The notes beneath the pieces were generated by a model. It was given only the letters and a program-made list of their open reading frames with translations. It did no database searches and was not told the origin of the DNA. The position numbers were made by a program, and so were the translations under genes. Positions 1 to 8,985 of a stretch of 49,764 nt of DNA are shown in pieces; within the stretch, counting starts at the first letter, position 1; each line of letters starts with the position of its first letter. Source of the stretch: Fidelibacterota bacterium (GTDB lineage: Bacteria > Fidelibacterota > Marinisomatia > Marinisomatales > UBA8229); assembly GCA_012964235.1 (NCBI GenBank), contig DTUJ01000081.1:1-49764 (forward strand), written 5' to 3'.

Positions 1-13
1 TATGTTCTATCTG

Positions 14-87
<74 letters not shown>

Positions 88-92
88 AAAAA

Positions 93-329
93 TTACTTTT
101 TCTTTTTATCCCGGTAAATTAATGCAATCGGAATGATAATCAGGTATCCAATGAAGAGCATAATGGGTGCAAGAGTCAAGCTTCGAAAACTATTTACAGT
201 CCCTGAGGCCATAATGACATAACCAAAAATAATCGTTGCCAAGCCGATTCCACCCAAAACATAGTTCTTTTTTGAAAATGTCCAGCCTTCAAATAAATGT
301 ATATTTTTCTCTTCTTTTTTCTTATTCAT
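93..329 (-). CDS. small two-TM membrane protein (DUF3098-like)
   Basis: The ORF spans 93..383. The likely start is the internal ATG (cat at 327-329) giving MNKKKEEKNIHLFEGW... It has two hydrophobic helices and a K-rich C-terminus. The DUF3098 resemblance is from memory and was not searched. Confidence 0.45.
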   Translation of the reverse strand: MNKKKEEKNIHLFEGWTFSKKNYVLGGIGLATIIFGYVIMASGTVNSFRSLTLAPIMLFIGYLIIIPIALIYRDKKKK

Positions 330-486
330 AAACTGAGAAAAGTTACTGTAGTGAAAAGAGGTGAACCAACAGTTTTTAAACAATTGGATTGATAGAATAC
401 TCTTTTTTATTTTTTATTTCAATTAATTTATCTGAACTCTATTAGTTGACTTTAGTCTGATCAATTTTTAAATTCCGCCCGCTAAA

Positions 487-1527
487 ATGGGTCTTTTTCC
501 TTTTCTTAACCATCATTTGGGCAAACCTGCACTCTTACTCTTAGGGACAATTGTTGTAAGTATCTTTGCTTTTCATGGAACAATAGTATTCTGGCCCCAG
601 GATAACCCCTTTGAAACAACACAAGTTGAAATTTCAAAAGGAGCTTCCCTTGCAGCAATAGGCAGTAAATTGAAAGAACAGAAAATCCTTACCAACGAAA
701 GAACATTTTTGATGGCAGTGAAAATACTTGGGCACGAAACAAATATCCCCGCTGGTAAATTCACACTCCTGGACCCTAAAAATAATTACCAAATAATCCG
801 TCAATTGATCGAAGGAAAGCCCGTATTAAAAAAAGTTACCCTTCTTGAGGGTTGGACAATGGACAAAATTGCGGAAGCTTTAGAGACAAAACTTGGGCTC
901 AATAAAAAAGGAGTGCTGACTCTCTGCAAAAACAGGTCATTTGTCAGCAAAACAGGTATCCCTTCAAAATCATTAGAAGGATTTTTATTCCCGGATACGT
1001 ATTTTTTCCACGAGGATGATTCTCCTGAAAATGTCCTCACTCAAATTATAGAGGAATACCAAAAAAATATTTCAGACGACCTGCGGACAAGGGCTGATGA
1101 AATGGGATTCAGTGAATTGGAAATGATAACCCTGGCTTCTATTATTGAAGGGGAAGCCATTTATGACACAGAAAGATCAATAATCTCAGCAGTGTATCAT
1201 AACAGGTTAAAACTCGGGATGAAACTTCAGGCAGATCCCACCATCCAATATATCATCAAAGGCAGCCCCCGACGCCTGCTTAACAGGGACCTTAAAATAA
1301 ATTCACCGTATAACACCTACCTGTATGATGGCCTTCCGCCAGGTCCTGTGAATAACCCTGGAAAGGCTTCAATCCTCGCGGCTTTATATCCCGATGAAAA
1401 CGATTATCTCTTTTTTGTTGCCCGCGGAGATGGGTATCATACTTTTTCTAAAACCAAGGAAGAACATAACCGGGCGAAAAAGACTTTCCAGAAAGTCAGA
1501 CGTAAATATCGAAAAAAACGGAGGTAA
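487..1527 (+). CDS. mltG: endolytic murein transglycosylase MltG (YceG-like)
   Basis: 346 aa with an N-terminal TM anchor. YceG motifs are present: LASIIEGEA (catalytic Glu region), QADPTIQY and YNTYLYDGLPPGPVNNPG. Confidence 0.9.
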   Translation: MGLFPFLNHHLGKPALLLLGTIVVSIFAFHGTIVFWPQDNPFETTQVEISKGASLAAIGSKLKEQKILTNERTFLMAVKILGHETNIPAGKFTLLDPKNNYQIIRQLIEGKPVLKKVTLLEGWTMDKIAEALETKLGLNKKGVLTLCKNRSFVSKTGIPSKSLEGFLFPDTYFFHEDDSPENVLTQIIEEYQKNISDDLRTRADEMGFSELEMITLASIIEGEAIYDTERSIISAVYHNRLKLGMKLQADPTIQYIIKGSPRRLLNRDLKINSPYNTYLYDGLPPGPVNNPGKASILAALYPDENDYLFFVARGDGYHTFSKTKEEHNRAKKTFQKVRRKYRKKRR

Positions 1528-1537
1528 AAAAAGAAAT

Positions 1538-3724
1538 ATGGCATCGATAAAACTGAATAAAGTACAACAATCTGCTGTAGAAGCAATAAATGGGCCTGTC
1601 CTTATTTTTGCCGGTGCAGGTAGCGGTAAAACCCGGGTATTAACCCATAAAATATCCTACCTGATTGATTCTGGTAACTATAAACCGGAAAATATTTTAG
1701 CAGTGACCTTTACAAACAAAGCAGCTAAAGAAATGAAAACCCGGGTCCAAAAACTATTAAAAATGAAAAAATTGGAATTGGATATCAGTACTTTTCATTC
1801 AATTTGCGCCCGTTTACTTCGGTCAGAAATTCATCATCTGGGGTATTCCAACACTTTTGCAATTTATGATGTAGAAGATCAAACAGCCCTTATGAAAATT
1901 GTTCTGAAAAATCTAACTATATCAAAAGATATGTTAACGCCAAACGCAGCCCGGTCACAAATCAGTTATTTTAAGAATAAAATGATCACCCCAGTTACTG
2001 TCAAGCAAAAAGCCCGTACAAAGCTGGATCGTATGGTAGGAGAAGTCTATCAGGCATACCAGACAGCCTTAAAAGAAAATAATGCTGCAGATTTTGATGA
2101 TTTGCTCATCCTTCCCCTGGAACTATTTAAACACCACCCCGAAATTCTCAAAAAATACCAAAAGAAATGGAAATATATTTTAGTGGATGAGTACCAGGAT
2201 ACAAATCGGCCTCAGTTTTTATTTGTGAGCCAACTGGCAGAAGCCCATCATCAAATATGCGTAGTAGGCGATGATGACCAATCAATTTATAGTTGGCGGG
2301 GGGCAGATATCAAAAATATCCTGGGCTTTAAAAGGAAATTTTCTGGCTGTTCCACGTTCACCCTTGAAAAAAATTACCGCTCTACTCAACAGATACTGAG
2401 TGCAGCAACAGCAGTAGTTGAAAAAAACAAGGACAGAAAACCGAAAACAATGGAATCGGCTAATGGTGCAGGAGATAAAATTGGATTGTTCGAAACCGTG
2501 GATGAAATGGAAGAAGCGGATGCAATTGTTTCTGCCCTGGAAAAAGAAATAAACCTGAACAAGCGAACGTTTCAGGACTTTGCAGTATTATACCGAACAA
2601 ACGCCCAATCCCGGGCTCTTGAAGACAGTTTTCGGAGACAGGGTATTCCCTATACTATCGTTGGCGGTATTCGATTTTATGAACGGGCCGAAGTAAAAAA
2701 CCTCCTTGCGTATTTGAAATTTATCGTGAACATGAAAGATACTGTCTCCCTTCGTAGAATAATCAACTTCCCTCCCCGGGGAATCGGGTTAAAAACTGTG
2801 GATAAATGTGTAACCTACGCTGAAAAAGTGAAAAAGGAATTATTTGAAATTTTACCTGAGGGAATCAAGGTTGGTGTACGAGGCAAACAATGCCAATCTT
2901 TAACAAAATTCCATGACACAATTCAAAAATATAACGATCTTCTGAAGAAGATCAATGCAGGGGAATTGGCACGGTCATTAGTGGATGAAATGAAAGTCCT
3001 TAACTATTACAAAAATTTAAATACACCTGAAGACAATGAAAGATATAACAATGTACTGGAATTATTGAACAGTATCGATGCTTTTTTAGAACGAAAGCCA
3101 GAAAGCGATATAAGAGAATTTATTGAAGAGGTTGCCCTCTTAACAGATATCGATAACTGGAATGATGAGACCAATTCTGTAACACTGATGACACTCCATT
3201 CAGCGAAGGGACTTGAATTTCCCGTCATTTTTATTACTGGGCTCGAAGACGGACTGCTTCCTTTCTACAATGCATTTAATGACCAGAAAGAAATGGAAGA
3301 AGAAAGACGATTGTTTTATGTTGGATTAACCCGTGCCATCGAAAAAGTCTATTTATTATATGCCAGGAATCGACGAAAAATGGGCTTGGAATATGCAGTG
3401 GGCTTGGCATCACGCTTCTTGAAGGAGATACCAGTAAAATACCTTGAAAATATATCTTTCAACTCAGCGTTAATGCGGAAAGTTACTACCAGTAATCGAG
3501 GAAAGAAAACAAAGGTAAAGGTGACCCGCAGCATTACTTTATTTGATGATTTCATGGTAGGCGATTATGTGAAACATGCCATTTTTGGCATCGGAAAAAT
3601 AATGGCTTTAAGTGGTTCAGGTGAAAACCAGCGGGTTGGAGTAGTCTTCAAAGATGGCCTAAAGAAAAAACTGATTGTAAAATATGCAAACCTGAAAAAA
3701 GTTGATACTCCAGCTGTAACTTAA
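1538..3724 (+). CDS. pcrA: ATP-dependent DNA helicase PcrA/UvrD family
   Basis: Walker A AGAGSGKTRVLT, motif II VDEYQDTN, TLHSAKGLEFPVIF and VGLTRA are present. I moved the start to ATG 1538 (MASIKLNKVQQSAVE) because the 48 upstream codons of ORF 1394.. overlap mltG and look non-helicase. Confidence 0.9.
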   Translation: MASIKLNKVQQSAVEAINGPVLIFAGAGSGKTRVLTHKISYLIDSGNYKPENILAVTFTNKAAKEMKTRVQKLLKMKKLELDISTFHSICARLLRSEIHHLGYSNTFAIYDVEDQTALMKIVLKNLTISKDMLTPNAARSQISYFKNKMITPVTVKQKARTKLDRMVGEVYQAYQTALKENNAADFDDLLILPLELFKHHPEILKKYQKKWKYILVDEYQDTNRPQFLFVSQLAEAHHQICVVGDDDQSIYSWRGADIKNILGFKRKFSGCSTFTLEKNYRSTQQILSAATAVVEKNKDRKPKTMESANGAGDKIGLFETVDEMEEADAIVSALEKEINLNKRTFQDFAVLYRTNAQSRALEDSFRRQGIPYTIVGGIRFYERAEVKNLLAYLKFIVNMKDTVSLRRIINFPPRGIGLKTVDKCVTYAEKVKKELFEILPEGIKVGVRGKQCQSLTKFHDTIQKYNDLLKKINAGELARSLVDEMKVLNYYKNLNTPEDNERYNNVLELLNSIDAFLERKPESDIREFIEEVALLTDIDNWNDETNSVTLMTLHSAKGLEFPVIFITGLEDGLLPFYNAFNDQKEMEEERRLFYVGLTRAIEKVYLLYARNRRKMGLEYAVGLASRFLKEIPVKYLENISFNSALMRKVTTSNRGKKTKVKVTRSITLFDDFMVGDYVKHAIFGIGKIMALSGSGENQRVGVVFKDGLKKKLIVKYANLKKVDTPAVT

Positions 3725-3813
3725 TTTCTTATCCCCCACTTTTTTCCCGAAATTTAAAAGTACTTTTTAACCCCTAAACTTCTTTTAGTTTATTATTTTC
3801 TTGCATAACTTCT

Positions 3814-3830
3814 TTGAGACTCAATCTCAA
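3814..3830. promoter_or_regulatory. palindrome TTGAGA-N5-TCTCAA just upstream of the fur RBS (candidate operator)
   Basis: A perfect 6-bp inverted repeat sits 13 nt upstream of the fur ATG and abuts the GAGGGA ribosome-binding site. It does not match the classical Fur-box consensus, so its function is inferred only from position. Confidence 0.25.
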
Positions 3831-3842
3831 TAGAGGGACATT

Positions 3843-4277
3843 ATGCATAACACAGATAAACTGAAACAAATTCTCCACAAGAAAAACCTGCGCTATACAC
3901 AACAAAGACAGGAAGTTTGGGATGAGATCTGTTCCACAAACGAACATCGGGATGCGGAGGATATTTATAATTCATTAAGGAAACGTCAGACAAATGTATC
4001 CCGCGCAACTGTATACCGCACCATTGATGTCCTTGTAAAAAATAACCTCGTCCGCCGCCTGGACCTGGGCGATGGACGATCCCGGTTCGAGAATAAAATG
4101 GGAATTGCGCACCATGACCATATAGTATGTTTGGATTGCAGGAAAATCGTGGAATTTATGAATGAAGAGATTGAAGAAATACAAGAACAGGTTGCAAAAG
4201 AAATGGGCTTCGAAATCGTCCGGCATGTACACCAGTTGTTCGGACACTGTCTGGATGAAAAATGTCCGAACAAGTGA
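3843..4277 (+). CDS. fur: Fur family transcriptional regulator
   Basis: 144 aa with a winged-helix N-terminus, an HHDH motif, a CLDC pair and a C-terminal HCLDEKC metal site. Confidence 0.9.
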   Translation: MHNTDKLKQILHKKNLRYTQQRQEVWDEICSTNEHRDAEDIYNSLRKRQTNVSRATVYRTIDVLVKNNLVRRLDLGDGRSRFENKMGIAHHDHIVCLDCRKIVEFMNEEIEEIQEQVAKEMGFEIVRHVHQLFGHCLDEKCPNK

Positions 4278-4495
4278 CCATTGCTTCGTTGGAAACAGGT
4301 GAAATTGCCACAATCGAAGGTTATTTGAATGAACAGATATCCCAATCAAGGCTGGTGGAAATGGGACTTCTCCCTGGCACTCCGGTTCGAATGATCAAGA
4401 AAACACCATTGAACGGGCCTGTGGAAATCAAGGTACGGGATTTTTATCTGTCATTACGAATGAGAGATGCCCTAAATATCCTGGTTAAGAAATGA
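4262..4495 (+). CDS. feoA: ferrous iron transport protein A
   Basis: A 77-aa FeoA-type small protein. It overlaps the 3' end of fur by 16 nt and is linked to feoB by an ATGA overlap. Confidence 0.85.
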   Translation: MSEQVTIASLETGEIATIEGYLNEQISQSRLVEMGLLPGTPVRMIKKTPLNGPVEIKVRDFYLSLRMRDALNILVKK

Positions 4496-6657
4496 CTCCA
4501 GCATCACCAATGAAGAAGCAAACCGGCGAGTGGGTTGCTTTGATGGGAAATCCAAATTCAGGTAAAACAGCACTGTTTAACCTTCTTACGGGGTTGAATC
4601 AGAAGGTGTCCAATTATCCCGGTATAACCGTAGAAAGGAAAATGGGGCGTGCAGTTTTAAATGATCAATGCCAGGTACAGGTTCTGGATCTGCCCGGCAC
4701 CTACAGCCTGACCCCCGAATCCTTTGATGAACGGATTGTATCGGAAGAAATTCTTTCCTGGCTGCACGGACCTGATCGCCCCCGGGTCATTATCTCCGTA
4801 GTTGACGCATCGAACCTGGAACGCAACCTGTACCTTACTTCTCAACTATTGGATCTGAACATCCCGGTAATTGCCGCTTTAAACATGATGGACCTCGTAA
4901 AACAAAATGGCAACCCTGTGGCTCCAGAAAAATTGTGTGAGGAATTGGGAACTGCAGAAGTTTTACACATGTCAGCCCGGAAAAATTGGGGTGTGGAAGA
5001 GTTGAAAGAAGTTATTGTACGAGTAATAAATGAACCTGTTCATGGAAAACCTGACCTGCCATTCGCCTTGAGCGGACCTGTACGTTCATTCCTTGCTGAT
5101 CTTACGGAATTTTTCAAAAAGGAATTTGGTTATAACCCCAGATTTGCCTGGGCTCAGGCTTTAAGAATCATCACCCGTGATTCAGTACTGGATGGATATC
5201 TTCACTCCCAGGTGTCCGGTGTAAAATTGGATGACAAGCAAATCAAGGATTTGCAGGAACTAAGGGATACCTCCATCTCTAACTTAAAAAGCCAGGGGAT
5301 CCAGCCCCAAACCCTGGAAGCAACTCTCCGGTATCGCTGGCTAGATAGCGTTTTAAAAAAAGCCGGTAAACTGAAGGTAGAAATTTTAGATCGTCTTACC
5401 CCCAGTGAAAAAGCAGACAAGATACTGACCCATCCTTTTCTTGGTCCGGTTATTTTTATCGGACTACTTACTTTTATGTTTCAATCCATTTTTACCTGGG
5501 CGACAGTACCTATGGGTTGGATCACCCGGGGAGTTGCAGTATTCGGTGAATGGATTTTGGATGTTTTACCAACCGGAACACTTCGTGATTTAATCGTGGA
5601 GGGCATTATTGGGGGTGTAGGTGCTATTCTCATATTCCTGCCCCAAATCATGATCCTAGTATTTTTCATGACCCTATTGGAAGATTCCGGATACATGGCC
5701 AGAGTTGCTTTTATGCTGGATCGTCTCATGACTAAGATGGGTCTCCACGGCAGGTCCGTCTTTCCTATGATGACCGGTTATGCCTGCGCTATTCCCGGGA
5801 TCATGGCAACCCGAACTATTGAAAGTTGGAAAGAACGATTGGTGACGATTCTGGTTCTGCCGCTCATGAGCTGTAGCGCCCGTCTTCCTGTTTATGCACT
5901 TATGATTGGCGCCTTCATTCCCCATAAAAAAGTACTGGGTCTGTTCGATGCGCAGGGACTCACTCTAGTCATAATGTATTTGATGGGTACTGTCACTGCA
6001 CTGGTCTTAGCGAAAATATTCAGTTATTTTATTCATCAAAAAGGACAATCATCCTTCATAATGGAAATGCCGCCTTACCGCCTCCCGTTAACAAGATCCG
6101 TTTTACGGCAGGTCATTCTCCGCAGTAAACTATTCGTCATTAACGCGGGAAAAATAATAATGGCAATTTCTATCGTACTCTGGTTCCTGGCATCATATCC
6201 AAAGCTTGAAAAAACCAATGAAAATATCAACCCGATTCACCACAGCTATGCCGGTAAAATCGGTCATGCCATAGAACCTTTTATCAAACCTCTTGGTTTC
6301 GATTGGAAAATCGGAATCGGGTTGATAACCTCCTTTGCAGCCCGGGAAGTAATGGTGAGCACCCTGGCTACTATTTACAACGTGGAAGCCGGAGGTAAAG
6401 ATGTAGTACTCCTTACAGAAGCTTTACAGGAGGACAAGGATCCCAAGACAGGAGAACTTTTATATTCTCCCCTGGTAGCTCTGTCCCTGATGGTTTTCTT
6501 TGTGTATGCTGCCCAGTGTATGGCAACATTCGCCATCGTACGGAACGAGACTAATTCCTGGAAATGGCCATTTTTTATGATATTTTATATGACCGCTTTA
6601 GCTTATTTAGCATCTCTGTGTGTATATCAGGGAGGACAATTGTTGGGGTTCAGTTAA
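4492..6657 (+). CDS. feoB: ferrous iron transporter FeoB
   Basis: 721 aa. The N-terminal G domain has GNPNSGKT, DLPGTYS and NMMD, followed by a polytopic permease domain. Confidence 0.95.
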   Translation: MTPASPMKKQTGEWVALMGNPNSGKTALFNLLTGLNQKVSNYPGITVERKMGRAVLNDQCQVQVLDLPGTYSLTPESFDERIVSEEILSWLHGPDRPRVIISVVDASNLERNLYLTSQLLDLNIPVIAALNMMDLVKQNGNPVAPEKLCEELGTAEVLHMSARKNWGVEELKEVIVRVINEPVHGKPDLPFALSGPVRSFLADLTEFFKKEFGYNPRFAWAQALRIITRDSVLDGYLHSQVSGVKLDDKQIKDLQELRDTSISNLKSQGIQPQTLEATLRYRWLDSVLKKAGKLKVEILDRLTPSEKADKILTHPFLGPVIFIGLLTFMFQSIFTWATVPMGWITRGVAVFGEWILDVLPTGTLRDLIVEGIIGGVGAILIFLPQIMILVFFMTLLEDSGYMARVAFMLDRLMTKMGLHGRSVFPMMTGYACAIPGIMATRTIESWKERLVTILVLPLMSCSARLPVYALMIGAFIPHKKVLGLFDAQGLTLVIMYLMGTVTALVLAKIFSYFIHQKGQSSFIMEMPPYRLPLTRSVLRQVILRSKLFVINAGKIIMAISIVLWFLASYPKLEKTNENINPIHHSYAGKIGHAIEPFIKPLGFDWKIGIGLITSFAAREVMVSTLATIYNVEAGGKDVVLLTEALQEDKDPKTGELLYSPLVALSLMVFFVYAAQCMATFAIVRNETNSWKWPFFMIFYMTALAYLASLCVYQGGQLLGFS

Positions 6658-6812
6658 TGGAATGGCAAACAGTTATTGCTCTTGTTCTTGGATTTTTGGC
6701 ATTGGTGTATGCCGGGTGGTATTTTCTACGACAGTTTTTTCAAGTAAAGAAAAAACCTGAGTGTGAGGACTGCCCTGTACCCAATCAAAAGGGGAAAAAG
6801 AGTAAAGATTGA
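6657..6812 (+). CDS. FeoB-associated Cys-rich membrane protein
   Basis: 51 aa starting at the ATG in a TAATG overlap with the feoB stop (MEWQTVIALVLGFLALVYAGWYF...). It has one TM helix followed by a CEDC motif. The upstream 31 codons of ORF 6564.. lie inside feoB. Confidence 0.6.
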   Translation: MEWQTVIALVLGFLALVYAGWYFLRQFFQVKKKPECEDCPVPNQKGKKSKD

Positions 6813-6840
6813 AAAGCAGAAGTATAGAAATATATTTTGT

Positions 6841-7332
6841 TCAACTGTCCAACAGAGTTTTTACCATGGCTAAATTGTCTTTCTCTTTTCTCGAAATCAG
6901 TTCAAATCCAAGAGAGTTGTAGAGCTTTATTGCCAGCTCATTTCCGGAGAAAACTCTTAAAGTGAGGTGGGTACAGTTTCTGTCTTTTGCCCAGGATTCA
7001 GCTTGATGAATGAGTTTTCGGGCATACCCCCTTTTTCGGTGTTCTCGGTCCACATACAAATGAAATAAATGTCCCCGATTTTCTTCCGGAACAAAACTCA
7101 GGCTCAGGTAAGCCACAATCCATTCATTTTCCCGAAGAATCCAGGTTTTCTTTTCCCCTTCAGAATAGGAAAGCTTCACCCATTTTTCAAAACGGAAGGG
7201 ATAACTCATTCGGGGGTCAGTCAAGTTCAATGCTTTTGGATCTGAAAACCAATTTTTCAGACAGGACTGAAGTACCTTTCTATCCCGTTGTTTGGAATAA
7301 TTGACTTTTGTTATTGTAATATTTTCTGACAT
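6841..7332 (-). CDS. GNAT family N-acetyltransferase
   Basis: The acetyl-CoA motif A is present (HRKRGYARKLI) within a GNAT-type beta-alpha pattern. The start is set at ATG 7332 (MSENITITKV); the longer ORF would run into the yhaM-like gene. Confidence 0.8.
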   Translation of the reverse strand: MSENITITKVNYSKQRDRKVLQSCLKNWFSDPKALNLTDPRMSYPFRFEKWVKLSYSEGEKKTWILRENEWIVAYLSLSFVPEENRGHLFHLYVDREHRKRGYARKLIHQAESWAKDRNCTHLTLRVFSGNELAIKLYNSLGFELISRKEKDNLAMVKTLLDS

Positions 7333-7436
7333 ATCGTGGTTAAATTTACCCTGTAATTTTTCGTACAACAGAAATTTTCTATTGGTGCAAATGAGATGTT
7401 GACATGGGTTAGAAGATAGGGGAAAATTCTCCTGCA

Positions 7437-8399
7437 GTGAAACAGATAACACCTATTCAAAAATTCAAAGAAGGTGCAACCATACAGGGATTTTATCTCT
7501 GCGTAGAAAAACATTTGCGACATACACGCACCGGGGATTTGTACCTGGACCTAGTTTTACGGGACCGCACCGGCCAGATTAGCGCAAAAGTCTGGGACAA
7601 GGTGGAAGAATATCAACCCAAGTTCACAAGCGGTGATCCCGTTGCTGCTGCCGGGGTGGTGGAATCTTTTCATGACCGCCTCCAACTGGTAGTAAAACGG
7701 ATCAATAAGGCGACGATTCAGTCCTATTCCCGATATGGTTTTGATCCCGCCCTGGTAGTGCCTGCCTCGAAGCGGGATCCCAAGGAGATGTGGCAGGAGT
7801 TAATGGAGATAGCTAAGGGGATTGAGAACAGGCACCTACGCCGGCTGGTGGGCCTTGTATACCGGGAAAACAAGAAAGAATTAATGATCCATCCAGCCTC
7901 GATTCTGTCCCATTACAGTTACAGGTCAGGATTATTGGAAAGCATTCTCTCCATGGCAACAATAGGTTCTTCAATAGGTGATAGTTTTGATTTGGATAAG
8001 GATGTGTTGATGGCGGGTATTTTGCTTCATGATGTGGGGAAACTGAAGGAGTTATCCGCAGGTTTGGAAACGGATTGCACCGATGAAGGTAATTTCCTGG
8101 GACACGCTGTGCTAAGCAGGGATATTGTTCGGGAGGCAACCGGGAAAATAAAGGGATTCCCAGCATCTCTACAGCTTAAGCTGGAACACATGATCCTGGC
8201 ACATCGAGGGAGGTTGGAATGGCGGGATAACCTGAAACCAAATAATCCGGAAGCACTTCTCCTGCACCTGATTCACAATCTGGACAAGCAAATGAATTTG
8301 ATGAAAAAATCCATCGAAGAAGATGTGGAGGACGGAGAATGGACTGCACGTGTTAACCCTCTGTACATACCCCTGTATAAAGGCAAAACAAAAAAATAA
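7437..8399 (+). CDS. yhaM: OB-fold plus HD-domain 3'-5' exoribonuclease, YhaM family
   Basis: 320 aa with a GTG start. It has an N-terminal OB-fold-like region and HD-domain motifs (LLHDVGK, HMILAHRG). Confidence 0.7.
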   Translation: MKQITPIQKFKEGATIQGFYLCVEKHLRHTRTGDLYLDLVLRDRTGQISAKVWDKVEEYQPKFTSGDPVAAAGVVESFHDRLQLVVKRINKATIQSYSRYGFDPALVVPASKRDPKEMWQELMEIAKGIENRHLRRLVGLVYRENKKELMIHPASILSHYSYRSGLLESILSMATIGSSIGDSFDLDKDVLMAGILLHDVGKLKELSAGLETDCTDEGNFLGHAVLSRDIVREATGKIKGFPASLQLKLEHMILAHRGRLEWRDNLKPNNPEALLLHLIHNLDKQMNLMKKSIEEDVEDGEWTARVNPLYIPLYKGKTKK

Positions 8400-8451
8400 A
8401 ATGGGAGACAAACTTTTTCTTTTATCAAATGAAATTCTCCAGGCTTGATCT

Positions 8452-8985
8452 TTGGCTGAAAACACAAATCTGACTAAACTCGTACGGGCAGCCATGTTCG
8501 CTGCTTTAGCGGTTGGGTTGGGTTATTCTCTTATGTTGGTCCCCAATGTTGAATTAATTACTGTTATTATTTTTTTGTCAGGTTTAACTCTGGGAATACG
8601 ATGGGGAATACTTGTGGGGGCTGTAAGTGAATTTATTTTTTCAGCAATGAATCCTCTGGGATCAAGCCTCATGTTCCCTCCATTGATAGCTGCCCAAATT
8701 ATCTCCATGATAATCGTGGGTCTTGCCGGCGGTCTCCTTCGGCCGGTTTTTTTCAAGAAAAAACTTTCATTTTTTCGGATCGTAACAATAGGCCTTACAG
8801 GATTTTTACTCACATTTATTTTCGATTCCCTCACCACACTAAGTTATCCCATTGGTTCTGGATTTGACTGGCCGCAGACCTGGGGCATCTATCTGTCTGG
8901 AATTGGATTCACAATTGTACATCAGTTATCCAATGGATTTATCTTTACTGTCTGCGTACCCGGGGTAGTAAAATATCTGTCATGA
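8452..8985 (+). CDS. solitary ECF-transporter S-component-like membrane protein
   Basis: 177 aa with a TTG start and about 6 TM helices. The N-terminus (LVRAAMFAALAVGLG) resembles that of S components. No EcfT or EcfA genes are in the window. Confidence 0.5.
   Translation: MAENTNLTKLVRAAMFAALAVGLGYSLMLVPNVELITVIIFLSGLTLGIRWGILVGAVSEFIFSAMNPLGSSLMFPPLIAAQIISMIIVGLAGGLLRPVFFKKKLSFFRIVTIGLTGFLLTFIFDSLTTLSYPIGSGFDWPQTWGIYLSGIGFTIVHQLSNGFIFTVCVPGVVKYLS

Noticed and set aside
446-474. Sigma70-like promoter for mltG (TTGACT, 17-nt spacer, TAAATT)
   Set aside because: The spacing is good, but it would put the transcription start only about 5 nt before the ATG. In AT-rich spacers such hexamers arise by chance, so this is not reportable as a feature without transcript data.
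1394-1537. N-terminal extensions of pcrA. The same applies to trpS (14320), tsaD (21230), the PNP gene (37201), the feoC-like gene (6564), the GNAT gene (7452), btuB (12713) and MoxR (36098).
   Set aside because: The extensions overlap the preceding gene or a regulatory RNA and lack family-typical sequence. Internal starts reproduce the canonical N-termini.
3975-4349. Two overlapping minus-strand ORFs of 124 aa and 119 aa
   Set aside because: Both are antisense to fur/feoA, which have clear family motifs. They are shadow ORFs.
7813-8495. Minus-strand ORFs of 117, 108 and 64 aa
   Set aside because: They are antisense to the relatively GC-rich yhaM-like gene. GC-rich coding regions generate long antisense frames, and no motifs are present.
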